A stretch of 64,000 bases of DNA from Bacteroidota bacterium (GTDB lineage Bacteria; Bacteroidota; Bacteroidia; Cytophagales; Cyclobacteriaceae), in the NCBI GenBank assembly GCA_039026695.1, contig JBCCLV010000005.1, positions 990 to 64,989 of the forward strand. Reading direction: 5' to 3'. Every line of letters begins with the position of its first letter. Within the stretch, counting starts at the first letter, position 1. Below, piece by piece: positions 28,144 to 38,466 of the stretch. The notes beneath the pieces were generated by a model. It was not told the DNA's origin. It saw nothing but the letters and a program-made list of their open reading frames with translations, and did no database searches. A program made the position numbers and the translations under genes.

Positions 28144-29277
28144 TCAGGATTCACTTGCATGTTGCTCAAAAAAATACCTGATTTTTTGAATCACTTTCAT
28201 TTGCTGCGGTACAGTCAATCCAGTGCCTGAAGGTAGGCATATACCCCTTTCAAAAAAAGATGTGGCAAAATCGTTGACTTGCCCTTTTATCATTTTGCTA
28301 TTTATATATGCAGGACTTAAATGAAGTGGCTTCCAAAATCTCCGCAATTCGATATTTTGTGATTCCATGAATTCAATGAGTGTAAGCACTTGATAGGATT
28401 CCAACTTTAGAAGTCCTACAGATAGCCAAAAATTAGGATTACAACCGGAAGGTATATGTGCCTTAAAATCGAAATAATCTGATAAATGCTCCTGATAAAG
28501 CTGAAAAATTTCTTTTTTGCGTATAATGAAATGAGCGAGCCGGTCTAGCTGACTTAGTCCCAGACCCGCAAGTACGTTGCTCAACCGATAATTATATCCT
28601 ACTTCATCATGATGATATTCATATTGTCCGGCATTCGCTTGAGTAGCAAGATGAAGTGCCTTTTGATGGTGGTTCTTACTACATATCAATGCGCCACCTC
28701 CTCCTGTGGTAAGTATTTTATTTCCATTGAACGATAGCACACCAAAATCTCCAAACTGGCCTACCTGCTTTTCAAAATACAGAGAACCCATCGCCTCTGC
28801 AGCATCCTCTATCAGAGGAATATCATACGATTCAGCTATGGCTTTGATTTCCGCGATTTTGGCCGGTACTCCGTAAAGATGTGTTACAATAATGGCCTTT
28901 GGTAAATCAGGGGAAGAACGGAGGTATACTTCAAGTAGGTCAGGATCTACATTCCAAGAGTCCTGCTCACAATCGACAAACACAGGAATTGCTTTTTGGT
29001 AGAGGATGACATTGGCGCAAGCAGCAAATGTCAAGGTGCTAGTAAGTACGGTATCACCCTCTTGTACATTAGCCAAAATCAGCGAGAGGTGTAGCGCAGA
29101 AGTCCCGGAGTTAAGCAAGAGAACCCTCTTATCATCAAAAAAATCAGCCAGTCTCGTTTCCAGTAAATCAATCTGTGGCCCTACAGGGGCTATCCACCCA
29201 CTTTTCATTGCCTCATTGACTGCTGCCAAATCAGTTTCGTGAACGTTTGGAGGAGATAGGTAGATGCGCTCGTTCAT
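28144..29277 (-). CDS. DegT/DnrJ/EryC1/StrS family aminotransferase (nucleotide-sugar 4-aminotransferase, PglE/WecE-like)
   Basis: 377 aa. Motifs: LNSGTSALHL and FNGNKILTTGGGGAL (PLP-lysine context). It overlaps the upstream sugar transferase gene by 4 nt. Confidence 0.88.
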   Translation of the reverse strand: MNERIYLSPPNVHETDLAAVNEAMKSGWIAPVGPQIDLLETRLADFFDDKRVLLLNSGTSALHLSLILANVQEGDTVLTSTLTFAACANVILYQKAIPVFVDCEQDSWNVDPDLLEVYLRSSPDLPKAIIVTHLYGVPAKIAEIKAIAESYDIPLIEDAAEAMGSLYFEKQVGQFGDFGVLSFNGNKILTTGGGGALICSKNHHQKALHLATQANAGQYEYHHDEVGYNYRLSNVLAGLGLSQLDRLAHFIIRKKEIFQLYQEHLSDYFDFKAHIPSGCNPNFWLSVGLLKLESYQVLTLIEFMESQNIELRRFWKPLHLSPAYINSKMIKGQVNDFATSFFERGICLPSGTGLTVPQQMKVIQKIRYFFEQHASES

Positions 29278-29945
29278 GAAGATTTGCTGGTATTTATCTC
29301 CTCCATAGAATGCTCCTTTTCTTCCAACTGAGCGTTTCTTCTAGCAAAATCATCAAATCGCTGAATAGATACATCTTTGCTTGATTTTTTGCGCCAAAAA
29401 AAAATCTCTATTGCTGTTAAAAACAGTATTTTCAAATCCAACTTCAGTGACGCTTTGTCGACATATTCCACATCATATGCCAGACGGCAATTCCAGTCTT
29501 CAGAGTTTCCCATAGAGATCTGAGCCAATCCTGTAACGCCTGGTCGCACAGCATGTCGAGAACTTTGCTCCGCATTATAATGCTGTAAATACTCCGTAAA
29601 TAAAGGTCGGGGCCCTACAAACGACATTTGACCTAGCATAATATTTATCAACTGAGGCATTTCGTCTACAGAAGTTTTTCGAAGAAATGCAGCAAAGGAT
29701 GAAACAGAAGAGTGATCATCCTCAACATCGAAAGTTCTGAACTTGAGAATGTCAAATGGAATCTCATTTAGACCGATACGCTGCTGACGAAAGAAGGGAG
29801 ATTTCTTAAAATGCAGTGCCAGCATAAGCCCTACAACAGCAAGAAAAGGACTTAAAAATACGAATATTAAGAGCGCGAAAAGACGGTCCAAGCAAGGCTT
29901 TACTAAGGACTGATAAATGGAGGTATGACTTGTTTGCCTAGGCAT
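29274..29945 (-). CDS. Sugar transferase (small PglC/WbaP-C-type undecaprenyl-phosphate glycosyl-1-phosphate transferase)
   Basis: Motifs: KPCLDRLFALLIFVFLSPFL re-entrant helix, FRQQRIG, KFRTF, DEMPQLINIMLGQMSFVGPRP and RPGVTGLAQ. The ORF opens at 29999, but the ATG at 29945 (MPRQTSH...) fits the family length better. Confidence 0.85.
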   Translation of the reverse strand: MPRQTSHTSIYQSLVKPCLDRLFALLIFVFLSPFLAVVGLMLALHFKKSPFFRQQRIGLNEIPFDILKFRTFDVEDDHSSVSSFAAFLRKTSVDEMPQLINIMLGQMSFVGPRPLFTEYLQHYNAEQSSRHAVRPGVTGLAQISMGNSEDWNCRLAYDVEYVDKASLKLDLKILFLTAIEIFFWRKKSSKDVSIQRFDDFARRNAQLEEKEHSMEEINTSKSS

Positions 29946-30004
29946 TCCCCCTAATATTTGATAATTTTTCCTTTTCAATTTCCAAGAGGCCCGAAGCATA
30001 TTTA

Positions 30005-32452
30005 ATGAAAACTTTCCGTTTTGTTCTCTTCTTAATCATTTCGCTGAGCATAGGGATCGTTTTTAACAGTAGACTGGTGGTATCAGGTCAACCTGTGCCG
30101 CCCTTGGGAAAATTCTTAAGCCCTTTTCACGGATTCTGGCAAAACGCTGAAAATGATCCAATCGACTTGGCTTCACAACTGAACACAAGTGGCTTACAAG
30201 ACCCTGTGAAAGTACACTTTGATGAACTCTATATCCCACACATTTTCGCTTCAAATGATGAGGATCTGTTTTTCACACAAGGTTACATCACTGCTTATCA
30301 CCGACTTTGGCAAATGGAATTCCAGCTTCTTGCAGCCGAGGGAAGAGTCTCGGAGATTATTGGCTCCCGAGCACTCAATTTTGACCGCTCGCAACGGAGG
30401 ATTGGATTAAAATACGGTGCTCAAAAATCCCATGACGCATTCAAAAAAGAAGAGCCCGAAACTTATAAAATGATTGAGGCATACAGCGCAGGGGTAAATG
30501 CCTTTATAAATACACTCTCCTATGCTGATTATCCTGTGGAGTACAAAATTTTGGACTATGCTCCCGAGGAATGGTCCCCTTTTAAATGTTTTTTGCTGAT
30601 CTCTAACATGCACAATATGCTCTCACGTGGTGAGAGAGATTTGGAACACACCAATGCCATTACAAAATGGGGAAGGGATGTCTTTGAAATGCTTTATCCT
30701 GAGCGGCCTTTGGAGTCCAAATTAGATCCTGTAATCCCTCGTGGCACTGAATACAATTTTGACGCAATTGCAGTAGAGAAACCAAACGTAGACTTCCCTT
30801 TAAACATCACAAACCCTACGATTGATGCGCCAGATCCTGACAATGGCAGCAACAGCTTTGTGGTCAATGGCAAGAAGACAAAGAGCGGAAAAGTAATCCT
30901 TGCCAACGAACCCGACCTAAGCCTCAATCTTCCCAGCATTTGGTACGTTGCGCATCTTAATGGACCTGGTATCAATGTCATGGGTGCCACACTTCCCGGA
31001 AGTCCCGGAATCACCATCGGTTACAATGATTCAATCGCCTGGGGAAATACCAATGCAAAGCGAGACTTGGTGGATTGGTATACCATCGACTTTAAAGATG
31101 CTAAGCGTAAAGAATATTTATACAATGGCAACTGGGTACCAACCAACATCGAGGTTGAAAAATTTGAAGTTAAAGGTGAGGATCCATTTTATGACACAAT
31201 TGTATACACACACCATGGACCAGTGACCTACGATAGAAACTTTAGCAACCAAACCACAGAGGTTGTAAATCTTGCTATGAAATGGACCGCTCACTTGCCT
31301 TCGAAGGAACTTAAAACTCTAATAGCAGTTGGAACTGCAAAAAACTACGCTGAGTTTGTAGAGGTTTTTAGTGATTTTACAGGTCCTCCGCAGAATTATT
31401 CTTTTGCTTCTACAACAGGTGACATTGCACTCTGGATACACGGTAAATTCCCTCTTAAATGGGATGAGCAGGGAAAATTCTTAATGGATGGTAGCAAGAC
31501 AGCATTTGAGTGGAACGGAATGATGCCACAGTCTCACAACCTCCATGTTATCAATCCACCTCAAAACTTCTTAAGTTCGGCAAATCAACATGCTGCTGAT
31601 ACGCTATACCCTTACTATCAATATGACCATAATTACGAGTACTACCGTGGCAGAAGAGTCAATGATAGACTCAGAATCATGTCTCAGGTGACCGTGAAGG
31701 ATATGATGAATTTGCAGCACGATAATTTCAACTACAATGCTTTTGAGATCCTATCCACCATGCTTGATAGCCTGGATACAGCTTCTTTTATTGCCAAAGA
31801 GTGGGAGTATTATGAAAAATTGAGAGCGTGGGATTTTTTCAATCATCCCGAGCGTGAAGGCCCTAGTATATATGAGCAGTGGTGGAAAAATCTAAATAAT
31901 CTTTTGTGGGACGAAATAGACAGTAGCGACGTGAAGGTCTACAGACCTAGCTGGTTTAATACTTCAAAGATCCTACTTAAAAATGCAGATTTTGAAATGG
32001 TAGATGATCAGCGTACTGATGTTGAAGAAACCACCGGTGACCTCTTCCGAATTTCATTCAAGCAAACCATCGAAGACCTGGAAGAATTCCAGGAAAAGAC
32101 TAAAGGTTCCCTAGCGTGGTATGAGTACAAAAACACTACTGTGAGACATTTGCTTGGCTTGATGCCCTTTAGCTTTAAGCAGATTAAAATTGGTGGAAAC
32201 CGTCACATTGTGAACGCCGCCTCTAACGGTCACGGACCTTCCTGGAGAATGGTAGTGGAATTAGGAGAAGATGAAATTAGTGCTTGGGGCATCTATCCTG
32301 GTAGTCAATCAGGAAATCCTGGAAACCCACTTTACGGGCACATGATAGATGGATGGGCGGATGGTACCTACCATAAAATGTTATTTAAAAGTAACCTTAG
32401 CGAAGAAAGCGAAGGGATTTTGTATACTGTAAATCTGCAGCCAGAAGAATGA
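30005..32452 (+). CDS. Penicillin acylase family protein (Ntn hydrolase, peptidase S45; possible acyl-homoserine-lactone/beta-lactam acylase)
   Basis: 815 aa with an N-terminal TM/signal segment. Family blocks: FFTQGYITAYHRLWQMEF and YPGSQSGNPGNPLY. The putative autoprocessing site is G|SNSFVV, with Ser as the beta-chain N-terminal nucleophile. Confidence 0.88.
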   Translation: MKTFRFVLFLIISLSIGIVFNSRLVVSGQPVPPLGKFLSPFHGFWQNAENDPIDLASQLNTSGLQDPVKVHFDELYIPHIFASNDEDLFFTQGYITAYHRLWQMEFQLLAAEGRVSEIIGSRALNFDRSQRRIGLKYGAQKSHDAFKKEEPETYKMIEAYSAGVNAFINTLSYADYPVEYKILDYAPEEWSPFKCFLLISNMHNMLSRGERDLEHTNAITKWGRDVFEMLYPERPLESKLDPVIPRGTEYNFDAIAVEKPNVDFPLNITNPTIDAPDPDNGSNSFVVNGKKTKSGKVILANEPDLSLNLPSIWYVAHLNGPGINVMGATLPGSPGITIGYNDSIAWGNTNAKRDLVDWYTIDFKDAKRKEYLYNGNWVPTNIEVEKFEVKGEDPFYDTIVYTHHGPVTYDRNFSNQTTEVVNLAMKWTAHLPSKELKTLIAVGTAKNYAEFVEVFSDFTGPPQNYSFASTTGDIALWIHGKFPLKWDEQGKFLMDGSKTAFEWNGMMPQSHNLHVINPPQNFLSSANQHAADTLYPYYQYDHNYEYYRGRRVNDRLRIMSQVTVKDMMNLQHDNFNYNAFEILSTMLDSLDTASFIAKEWEYYEKLRAWDFFNHPEREGPSIYEQWWKNLNNLLWDEIDSSDVKVYRPSWFNTSKILLKNADFEMVDDQRTDVEETTGDLFRISFKQTIEDLEEFQEKTKGSLAWYEYKNTTVRHLLGLMPFSFKQIKIGGNRHIVNAASNGHGPSWRMVVELGEDEISAWGIYPGSQSGNPGNPLYGHMIDGWADGTYHKMLFKSNLSEESEGILYTVNLQPEE

Positions 32453-32820
32453 AGCTCATCATACGCATTATCCTGATAGGCGCATTGACCTATTTCTTGT
32501 CTCCTTATTTTACTTGGTGGCTTGGTATGCTAGCAAGTTTCCTGGTTTGTTTTATGTTACCCTCGTCGGGACTGAATGCTTTCATCGCCGGTTTCCTAGG
32601 TATGGGGCTGATATGGCTGGGGCAATCATGGAACCTGGATGTACAAAACGAATCTGCCTTCTCATCTAAAATCGCAGATATTCTTTTGGTTGGAGAGCCT
32701 TTATACTTAGTGCTGATATCAGGTCTGGTTGGAGCGATCTCTGGAGGATTTTCTGCAGTCACTGGCGCCTCATTCCGCCAACTATTTGTCAAAAAGAAAA
32801 AGCAGAGCTTTTACAGTTAG
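32449..32820 (+). CDS. Small integral membrane protein (4 predicted TM helices), function unknown
   Basis: 123-aa ORF. Its ATG overlaps the acylase stop (ATGA). The sequence is strongly hydrophobic with a basic C-terminal tail (KKKKQSFYS). Confidence 0.5.
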   Translation: MKLIIRIILIGALTYFLSPYFTWWLGMLASFLVCFMLPSSGLNAFIAGFLGMGLIWLGQSWNLDVQNESAFSSKIADILLVGEPLYLVLISGLVGAISGGFSAVTGASFRQLFVKKKKQSFYS

Positions 32821-32870
32821 CGCACCGATTAAGACCACTTTTCCACTGATCCAACCAAACAAATACGCTT

Positions 32871-32893
32871 AAGCAATAATGCTCAGATTGCTT
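32871..32893 (+). terminator. Possible hairpin terminator after the small membrane protein gene
   Basis: AAGCAAT-(9 nt)-ATTGCTT is a 7-bp AT-rich stem followed by T-rich sequence (GAAGGTATTTGCATTTCTTTATTTTTG). It overlaps the TTG start proposed for the next ORF. Confidence 0.3.
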
Positions 32894-33425
32894 GAAGGTA
32901 TTTGCATTTCTTTATTTTTGCGGCGTGCTAGTAGAGGATAAGTTTTTCTCGCAGGACAAGAATTACCTGCTCAAGACCGTACAGGCATTTTCCAAAGATT
33001 ACCTTCTTCATAAGTGGCTAAAAGCTATTTTAAAAGCATATCACCAGCAGCACAACCCAATGGGCCTGGAGGATGATTTTACAATAGAACTACAACAAAA
33101 AATTGGTTCCGCGAGAGTACTCCTGGAAAGCTCATACGATCTATTAGCTGCAGTCTATCGGCTTAATCACGGAGATAATCAACTCTCTTTTCAATGGGAC
33201 GGGCGCACACACATGGAGGTTTACGATGCTGAATGGAAGTCCTGGTTTGAGGTTTCAACGGCTAAGCTTTCACTAATTAAAGAAATACAAAGGCCAATCT
33301 TGAGGTATGCAGTGTCTAATCAACAAACCAATAATGATTTTCTAAAGCAGTCCATTCGGCGCGGCATCTTTGGTTTTTTCAAAGTACGTCTTAGGTCTCG
33401 TTTGATGTATCAGCTAAGTGCTTAA
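32892..33425 (+). CDS. Hypothetical protein
   Basis: 177-aa ORF with no motif I recognise. The start is uncertain: TTG at 32892 lies inside a hairpin, and a GTG about 30 nt downstream is possible. Coding status rests on ORF length only. Confidence 0.35.
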   Translation: MKVFAFLYFCGVLVEDKFFSQDKNYLLKTVQAFSKDYLLHKWLKAILKAYHQQHNPMGLEDDFTIELQQKIGSARVLLESSYDLLAAVYRLNHGDNQLSFQWDGRTHMEVYDAEWKSWFEVSTAKLSLIKEIQRPILRYAVSNQQTNNDFLKQSIRRGIFGFFKVRLRSRLMYQLSA

Positions 33426-33437
33426 AATAAGCCTTGC

Positions 33438-33455
33438 AGAGCGCTTACCCGCTCT
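33438..33455. terminator. Hairpin between convergent genes (possible bidirectional terminator)
   Basis: AGAGCG-CTTACC-CGCTCT followed by TAATTTAAATT. It lies between the stop at 33425 (+) and the stop at 33488 (-). Confidence 0.45.
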
Positions 33456-33487
33456 TAATTTAAATTAATGGTGAGTGGAAGCAATTA

Positions 33488-34762
33488 CTAAAGTTGTTTT
33501 ATAAATGCAACCATGAGTGAGAAGTAATCTTCAAATTCAGTAAGAGGTAGCGTCTCTGATCTGTCGTAGATATCATGGTATGCTTGAATTCCTCCAAGCG
33601 TATAAATAAAGAAGCAGGGAACATCTTTACCGTAGAAAAAGCAATGATCGCTATTGCAAGCTTCCCCTCTGATCTTCACTTGCTTCAAGAGTTTTTGGCT
33701 TTCATTGATCGCTACCAGCTTATCAAAATCACCTTTAAATACTTTGCCATTCACTACCTGAATGCCATCATCTCCAGTGCCGGAAATATCAAAGTTCAGC
33801 AGAAACTTGATTGCAGAAAGATCACTCAATGGATTTTCCACAAAATACCTTGATCCCAACAATCCCAGTTCTTCACCACCAAACGCCACGAACACCATAT
33901 CATACTTCGGTGTATTCTCTTTAAAATATTTAGCTAAACTCAATAGCATCGCGATACCACTGGCATTGTCATTCGCACCGGAAAATACTGCATCTTGGCC
34001 CATCATACCTAGATGATCATAGTGACCAACTAAAAATATAGTGCTGTCAGAGGTTTGACCTTTAAGGTATCCAAGTACATTCTGCGTTTTGTAATTGGGT
34101 ATAAACTTAGCATTTACATCGACCTTCACTGATTTGATTGGTCTGTCCAACGAGTCCAGAACCGCAAAGGAAGGTTTACCGTACTGTGCCGTGGAGCCAC
34201 CCCAAGTCAGTTTATTTTTTGTGAGAAAGATTGAGCCTTGAGAGGGATTTTCAGGACGGTATTTTAAGAATCTAAAGGTCTCATCTATTTTCTGTTGTTC
34301 ATCTTTATCATATTTGAACTTACTGTAATGGGGCATAACAATGAACTTATTTACGGAATTATTTAGTGTTTGAATCAGCTTTCTTCGATCTAAGATATCC
34401 TCTATCGATAGCGAGATGGTTTCGAAATTTCCGCTTATTCCAGGAGAACCGGGATCAATAAGAAAATCAACGCCAGCAAGTAGCTTTTTACCATCCAAGG
34501 TTAATTCCATTTTATCAGGAAAAGTATTTACAGGTGTAGTAAACCTCTGAAAATAGCTTTTTTTGAAGCGCTCTAACCCTAGTTTTTCATACTCTGACGC
34601 AATGAATTCCGCAGCAATTTTATCTCCATCATGCACATATCCTCTACCAAAGTATTCATCGGAAGCAAGGACTCTCACTATCTCTTTTGCGTATTGGAAG
34701 TCTTGTGCTGAAACTCCGATTGTAATTACAAAGAATGCGATTAGAGAAAGTGACTGTCGCAT
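33488..34762 (-). CDS. M28 family metallopeptidase (aminopeptidase)
   Basis: 424 aa with a signal peptide. Zinc-ligand contexts: LVGHYDHLG, GANDNASG and FGGEELGLLGS. Confidence 0.85.
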   Translation of the reverse strand: MRQSLSLIAFFVITIGVSAQDFQYAKEIVRVLASDEYFGRGYVHDGDKIAAEFIASEYEKLGLERFKKSYFQRFTTPVNTFPDKMELTLDGKKLLAGVDFLIDPGSPGISGNFETISLSIEDILDRRKLIQTLNNSVNKFIVMPHYSKFKYDKDEQQKIDETFRFLKYRPENPSQGSIFLTKNKLTWGGSTAQYGKPSFAVLDSLDRPIKSVKVDVNAKFIPNYKTQNVLGYLKGQTSDSTIFLVGHYDHLGMMGQDAVFSGANDNASGIAMLLSLAKYFKENTPKYDMVFVAFGGEELGLLGSRYFVENPLSDLSAIKFLLNFDISGTGDDGIQVVNGKVFKGDFDKLVAINESQKLLKQVKIRGEACNSDHCFFYGKDVPCFFIYTLGGIQAYHDIYDRSETLPLTEFEDYFSLMVAFIKQL

Positions 34763-34869
34763 AAAAAGCCGCTTTTTTTGCTAAGTAAAGAACTCAAGTA
34801 GAAAAAGTCCATCATTAATGCTAAAATAGAAATAACTGCAAGCCATCAGAAAACGCTTCATCCTGCCTT

Positions 34870-37557
34870 TCACAGATCGTACATGATCGTAAATAGCGCA
34901 TATCGCTGCTGAATAAAATATGCGTAAGTATTGATTAGATTTTCAGAAAATGAGTCTCGCCGTATGCTCCTTGTGTCCAGGACATTCATTCCCTGCACCC
35001 CAAATTCCCAAGGACTTCCCTCCTTTCGATAAGTCAAACTAGTATCCAGCAAATCAAAGGCTGCAATCGTGCTCGTAGCTTCATTTTCATATCGCGTATA
35101 AGAGTAATTAATTGTCGCAGTAAGGTTTTTGAATAAGGTCAGCTTAGCATCCAGACCGGTCTCATTGTTTTTAAAGGTATTTGTCACCTCACCTCCTGTA
35201 TATTCATTTATGCTCAATTCATGAGTGAGTTTTAAGTCAAGTAAATTCCAGAATCTAGCAGAAAAAGTGCCTTTGTAGTTCTGTCGAAAGTTGGTGTTTG
35301 TGTTCTCGAAACCGGCGATCTCATTGTTTATCTCGGAAAAATTCCACCTGCTATCCAGCCCTAAACGCAAACGTTCGAAGCGTTTTTCCAAATTAAAGTA
35401 GCCGCTTAGGTCTTGATTCACGGGGATAACATTGATCGGTAATCCCAGTCTTTCTACACCTGAGAATGTGATGCCTGACTGGATATCATCAACCTTCCGC
35501 TGGTAGGTTATTCCTCCGTAAATGTTAAATAGATTGAACGAACTGAAATTGCTGTAGCTAAGCCGGTAAGTGTCTCCTAAACTATTTATCAAGTCCGGAT
35601 TACCAAAAGCAGCTGCATTGTAGGCACTGATTACTATGTTTTGTGCAACTCGCTGCACGTCCATGAAATTTGCTTCCCTTTGATAAGAAAAGCTAAGCTT
35701 TTGGCTGCTTCGTATATCTAATCTTGCCTTTAGTGAAGGTAAAATTAAGATCTTCTCAAAGTCGACAGATTCAGAAATCTGATTGTGATCTACTGTGTAG
35801 TAGTGCACACTAAGTTTAGGACTCCAGGTGAGCTTGTTCCATTTGTTTCGAAAACTCACAGCTCCAAAACCATCAATGAAATCAAAGTCAATTTGATTCT
35901 CAAAACCTTGGCCCTGAAAGGCAATTGCATCCTCGCCATCTTTTTCAAACAGACCTGCTGTATAGTTCTGGCTGCTTTGATTGTAACCAAGGGAAAATTG
36001 GAGGTGATTATTGCGATTGATCACCTTGTAATAGTCCATCACTGCTTCAAGTCGATTTGTACTTATCTCCCGGTTTTGTCTCAAAGCAAAAGGAGATTCA
36101 TCTTGAGTCCAGGGCAATAAAGTCCCAAAAGGCTGTAGCGTTGCTTCAAGATTATACGCAGGGTCCTGATGCTGAAACTGCTGTCGCACTGCCAAAGACA
36201 TAACATCCTGATCGCCAAAGGAGCGATAAATGCTTAGCTTCTGCTGCAGCGACCAGGGTGTCTGCTGAGCCAGATCACTCAAACTATTGGAAACCATACT
36301 GAATGAAGAAACATTTTGAGCAGCATTACTTATTCGCGCACCTCTCCCGAATGCTTCATAGCTCATAAATAAATTCAAAGAAGGAGTGTATTGCAGTGCT
36401 ATCTTTCCCAGTGCAGATTTGCTGTCTACTTCAGTATTGTTTTGAAAAGTCTCCTCCAATGTTTCATTTTCCTGTAAATAGGTTCTATTAGATAGCGAAC
36501 CCAGCCGATTGTCAACTATTGAACCAATCGCAAAACCTGATATCTGAAATGCCTGATGAGGTGTCAGGCTCAAATTGAGCGCGCCTAGCTGATTGTCTAG
36601 CGCCTGTGCAGTGTTGCGCTCAGCGAAAGGTATCCCCAATTGGTCGGAACTTACTGAAAAATTGGAACCATTCCTGTCAAGACCAGTCAAACCGCCGGCA
36701 AAGCGAAAATAGTCTTGCATGGTAAAGGCCAACTCACCTACATTGTTGCCATCTGCAATCAGATTCAAGTTCGTCTTTTCGTCGTAGTAGAAGGCATTGG
36801 CATGGCCAAAGTATCGCTGAGAAGGTCCTACGCCGGCAGTGATATCCCCGAAGACAATTTGCTTTTTATCTTCCTTTAATTCAATATTTAATGCAAGTGC
36901 CTCGCTCGTATTTACATTCCGCAAGGGACTGATGTCATTGAAATTTTGCAGTACCTGAACTCGATTTATCACGCTAGCTGGGATGTTTTTGGTTGCAAGC
37001 TTGCTATCTCCATCAAAAAACTTTTTCCCGTCGATCATCACGTTAGAGACCTTTTTCCCTTGCACCTTTATCTCCCCATTTTCCTCCACTTGAAAACCCG
37101 GTAAGTCGGCCAGTACATCCTCCAATTTTCTCTCGTTTCCTTGGGTAAACGCATCAACTTTGTAGGAGATGGTGTCTCCTCTAAAAGTAACGGGCATTTC
37201 AGCTACTACCTCTACCGCTCCAAGTTTGGTAGTCTGCGATGATAGTATAAACTGGTAAGGAACTTCATTGCTGATTCGTGGGGTTATCAACGTTTCGTAG
37301 GCTTGATACCCCACGTAAGTAATTTTTAGCTGATAGCTGCCTTCTTTCTCCAAGCGGATTTTAAACTGACCATCAATATCAGATACTGCAAATGCGGCCA
37401 TCACCTGAGAGGAGGTATCTACGGCGATCACATTGGCGAAAGCGACCGGCACGTTTAGCGTGTCGGTCACCTCACCAAAGAAGAGGATTCTATTCTGGGC
37501 TTTTAAGCCTGTTATAAACACCTGGCAAAAAAGGAGCCAAAGACTGATTGATCTCAT
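34870..37557 (-). CDS. Outer-membrane beta-barrel family protein (CarboxypepD_reg-like N-domain + plug-like segment + large barrel; TonB-dependent-receptor-like)
   Basis: 895 aa with a signal peptide. The N-terminal carboxypeptidase-regulatory-like fold reads FFGEVTD...DGQFKI. The plug-like segment reads LEDVLADLPGFQVEENGEIKVQGKKVSNVMIDGKKFF. The C-terminus is aromatic (TIMYDL). Confidence 0.8.
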   Translation of the reverse strand: MRSISLWLLFCQVFITGLKAQNRILFFGEVTDTLNVPVAFANVIAVDTSSQVMAAFAVSDIDGQFKIRLEKEGSYQLKITYVGYQAYETLITPRISNEVPYQFILSSQTTKLGAVEVVAEMPVTFRGDTISYKVDAFTQGNERKLEDVLADLPGFQVEENGEIKVQGKKVSNVMIDGKKFFDGDSKLATKNIPASVINRVQVLQNFNDISPLRNVNTSEALALNIELKEDKKQIVFGDITAGVGPSQRYFGHANAFYYDEKTNLNLIADGNNVGELAFTMQDYFRFAGGLTGLDRNGSNFSVSSDQLGIPFAERNTAQALDNQLGALNLSLTPHQAFQISGFAIGSIVDNRLGSLSNRTYLQENETLEETFQNNTEVDSKSALGKIALQYTPSLNLFMSYEAFGRGARISNAAQNVSSFSMVSNSLSDLAQQTPWSLQQKLSIYRSFGDQDVMSLAVRQQFQHQDPAYNLEATLQPFGTLLPWTQDESPFALRQNREISTNRLEAVMDYYKVINRNNHLQFSLGYNQSSQNYTAGLFEKDGEDAIAFQGQGFENQIDFDFIDGFGAVSFRNKWNKLTWSPKLSVHYYTVDHNQISESVDFEKILILPSLKARLDIRSSQKLSFSYQREANFMDVQRVAQNIVISAYNAAAFGNPDLINSLGDTYRLSYSNFSSFNLFNIYGGITYQRKVDDIQSGITFSGVERLGLPINVIPVNQDLSGYFNLEKRFERLRLGLDSRWNFSEINNEIAGFENTNTNFRQNYKGTFSARFWNLLDLKLTHELSINEYTGGEVTNTFKNNETGLDAKLTLFKNLTATINYSYTRYENEATSTIAAFDLLDTSLTYRKEGSPWEFGVQGMNVLDTRSIRRDSFSENLINTYAYFIQQRYALFTIMYDL

Positions 37558-37574
37558 CGTAAAGTATCTATGCC

Positions 37575-38411
37575 CTAGTTACCAATCTTAATCACGGTAT
37601 TTCCTGTGCCGCCAGAATAGCTATTGATTATCTTCTCGGCCATCTCTTCTGAGATTCTTGCATACTCCTCGCTGGAGACAACTTTACCCTTTTTAGGAAC
37701 CTTAATTTCTACAGGTTTCGAAGGGTTTAAAATCACCTTACTGCACAAATAGGTTACTTTCCCATCTGTCATTTCAAGGATAAGACCTGGCAGTCCCCAG
37801 TGTCTATCAGGACCGTGCGGTACGGGAATCTCCGTGGTAAACCAAACTTTGATTTCGGTGGTATCCATGACAGTTTTGCTCCCTTTATCCTCGTTGGAAA
37901 ATGAAATTTTACGCTTTTCTCTTATGCTTTCATAAATGGCTTCACTACACTGATAATCTCCAATCTTCTTTGAATTACCTGTCATGACCCATTTTCTTTC
38001 TGGCAATTTATCCTTGATCAGATATAGCTTTCCAAAGGATTCTCTTCTCTCAATCAGTTGTTTTGTAGCCGCGTTTTTATAAGTCACGCCCCCTCCTGTA
38101 GTCACTTTTATAGAAGCGACTCCTGTACTTGCTGGTGCAGAAGTTGTCTCAAGTCCTTCAAGCTCTTTCCAAATGGACTCAGACTGATTAAAAGTGAGTT
38201 CGTACTCTTTTTGAAATTGCTTTTTTAATTGTGCTTGCAATTGTGCCTGAGTAGCAGGATCCATTTGCTTTCCGGAGAAAGATAGATTTGCCATGTTTCG
38301 GTCCGAAATATAGTGAGCCACCCCCCTCATTTGACCAAATGCGGGATATAAGACTGGCATGATAACCAATACGACTAGTTGCAGTGAGATCATTCTAATT
38401 ATTGCTTTCAT
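37575..38411 (-). CDS. GLPGLI family protein
   Basis: It contains the eponymous motif (HWGLPGLILEM). The ATG at 38411 gives a signal-like N-terminus, MKAIIRMISLQLVVLVIMPVL (the ORF opens at 38459). It lies 17 nt upstream of the OM barrel gene on the same strand. Confidence 0.85.
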   Translation of the reverse strand: MKAIIRMISLQLVVLVIMPVLYPAFGQMRGVAHYISDRNMANLSFSGKQMDPATQAQLQAQLKKQFQKEYELTFNQSESIWKELEGLETTSAPASTGVASIKVTTGGGVTYKNAATKQLIERRESFGKLYLIKDKLPERKWVMTGNSKKIGDYQCSEAIYESIREKRKISFSNEDKGSKTVMDTTEIKVWFTTEIPVPHGPDRHWGLPGLILEMTDGKVTYLCSKVILNPSKPVEIKVPKKGKVVSSEEYARISEEMAEKIINSYSGGTGNTVIKIGN

Positions 38412-38466
38412 AACTCTTTTTGGATTTTGATTTCTGCAAAAGAGTTTCGAAGAGTGCAAAGGGATA

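Noticed and set aside
29396-29404. A homopolymer A9 (T9 on the coding strand) inside the sugar-phosphate transferase gene, and an A8 in menF (14194-14201), considered as slipped-strand phase-variation switches.
   Set aside because: The tracts are at the low end for slippage. The one in the transferase lies near the 3' end, where a frameshift would only alter the tail. menF is a housekeeping gene. The window shows no sign of frameshifted alleles.
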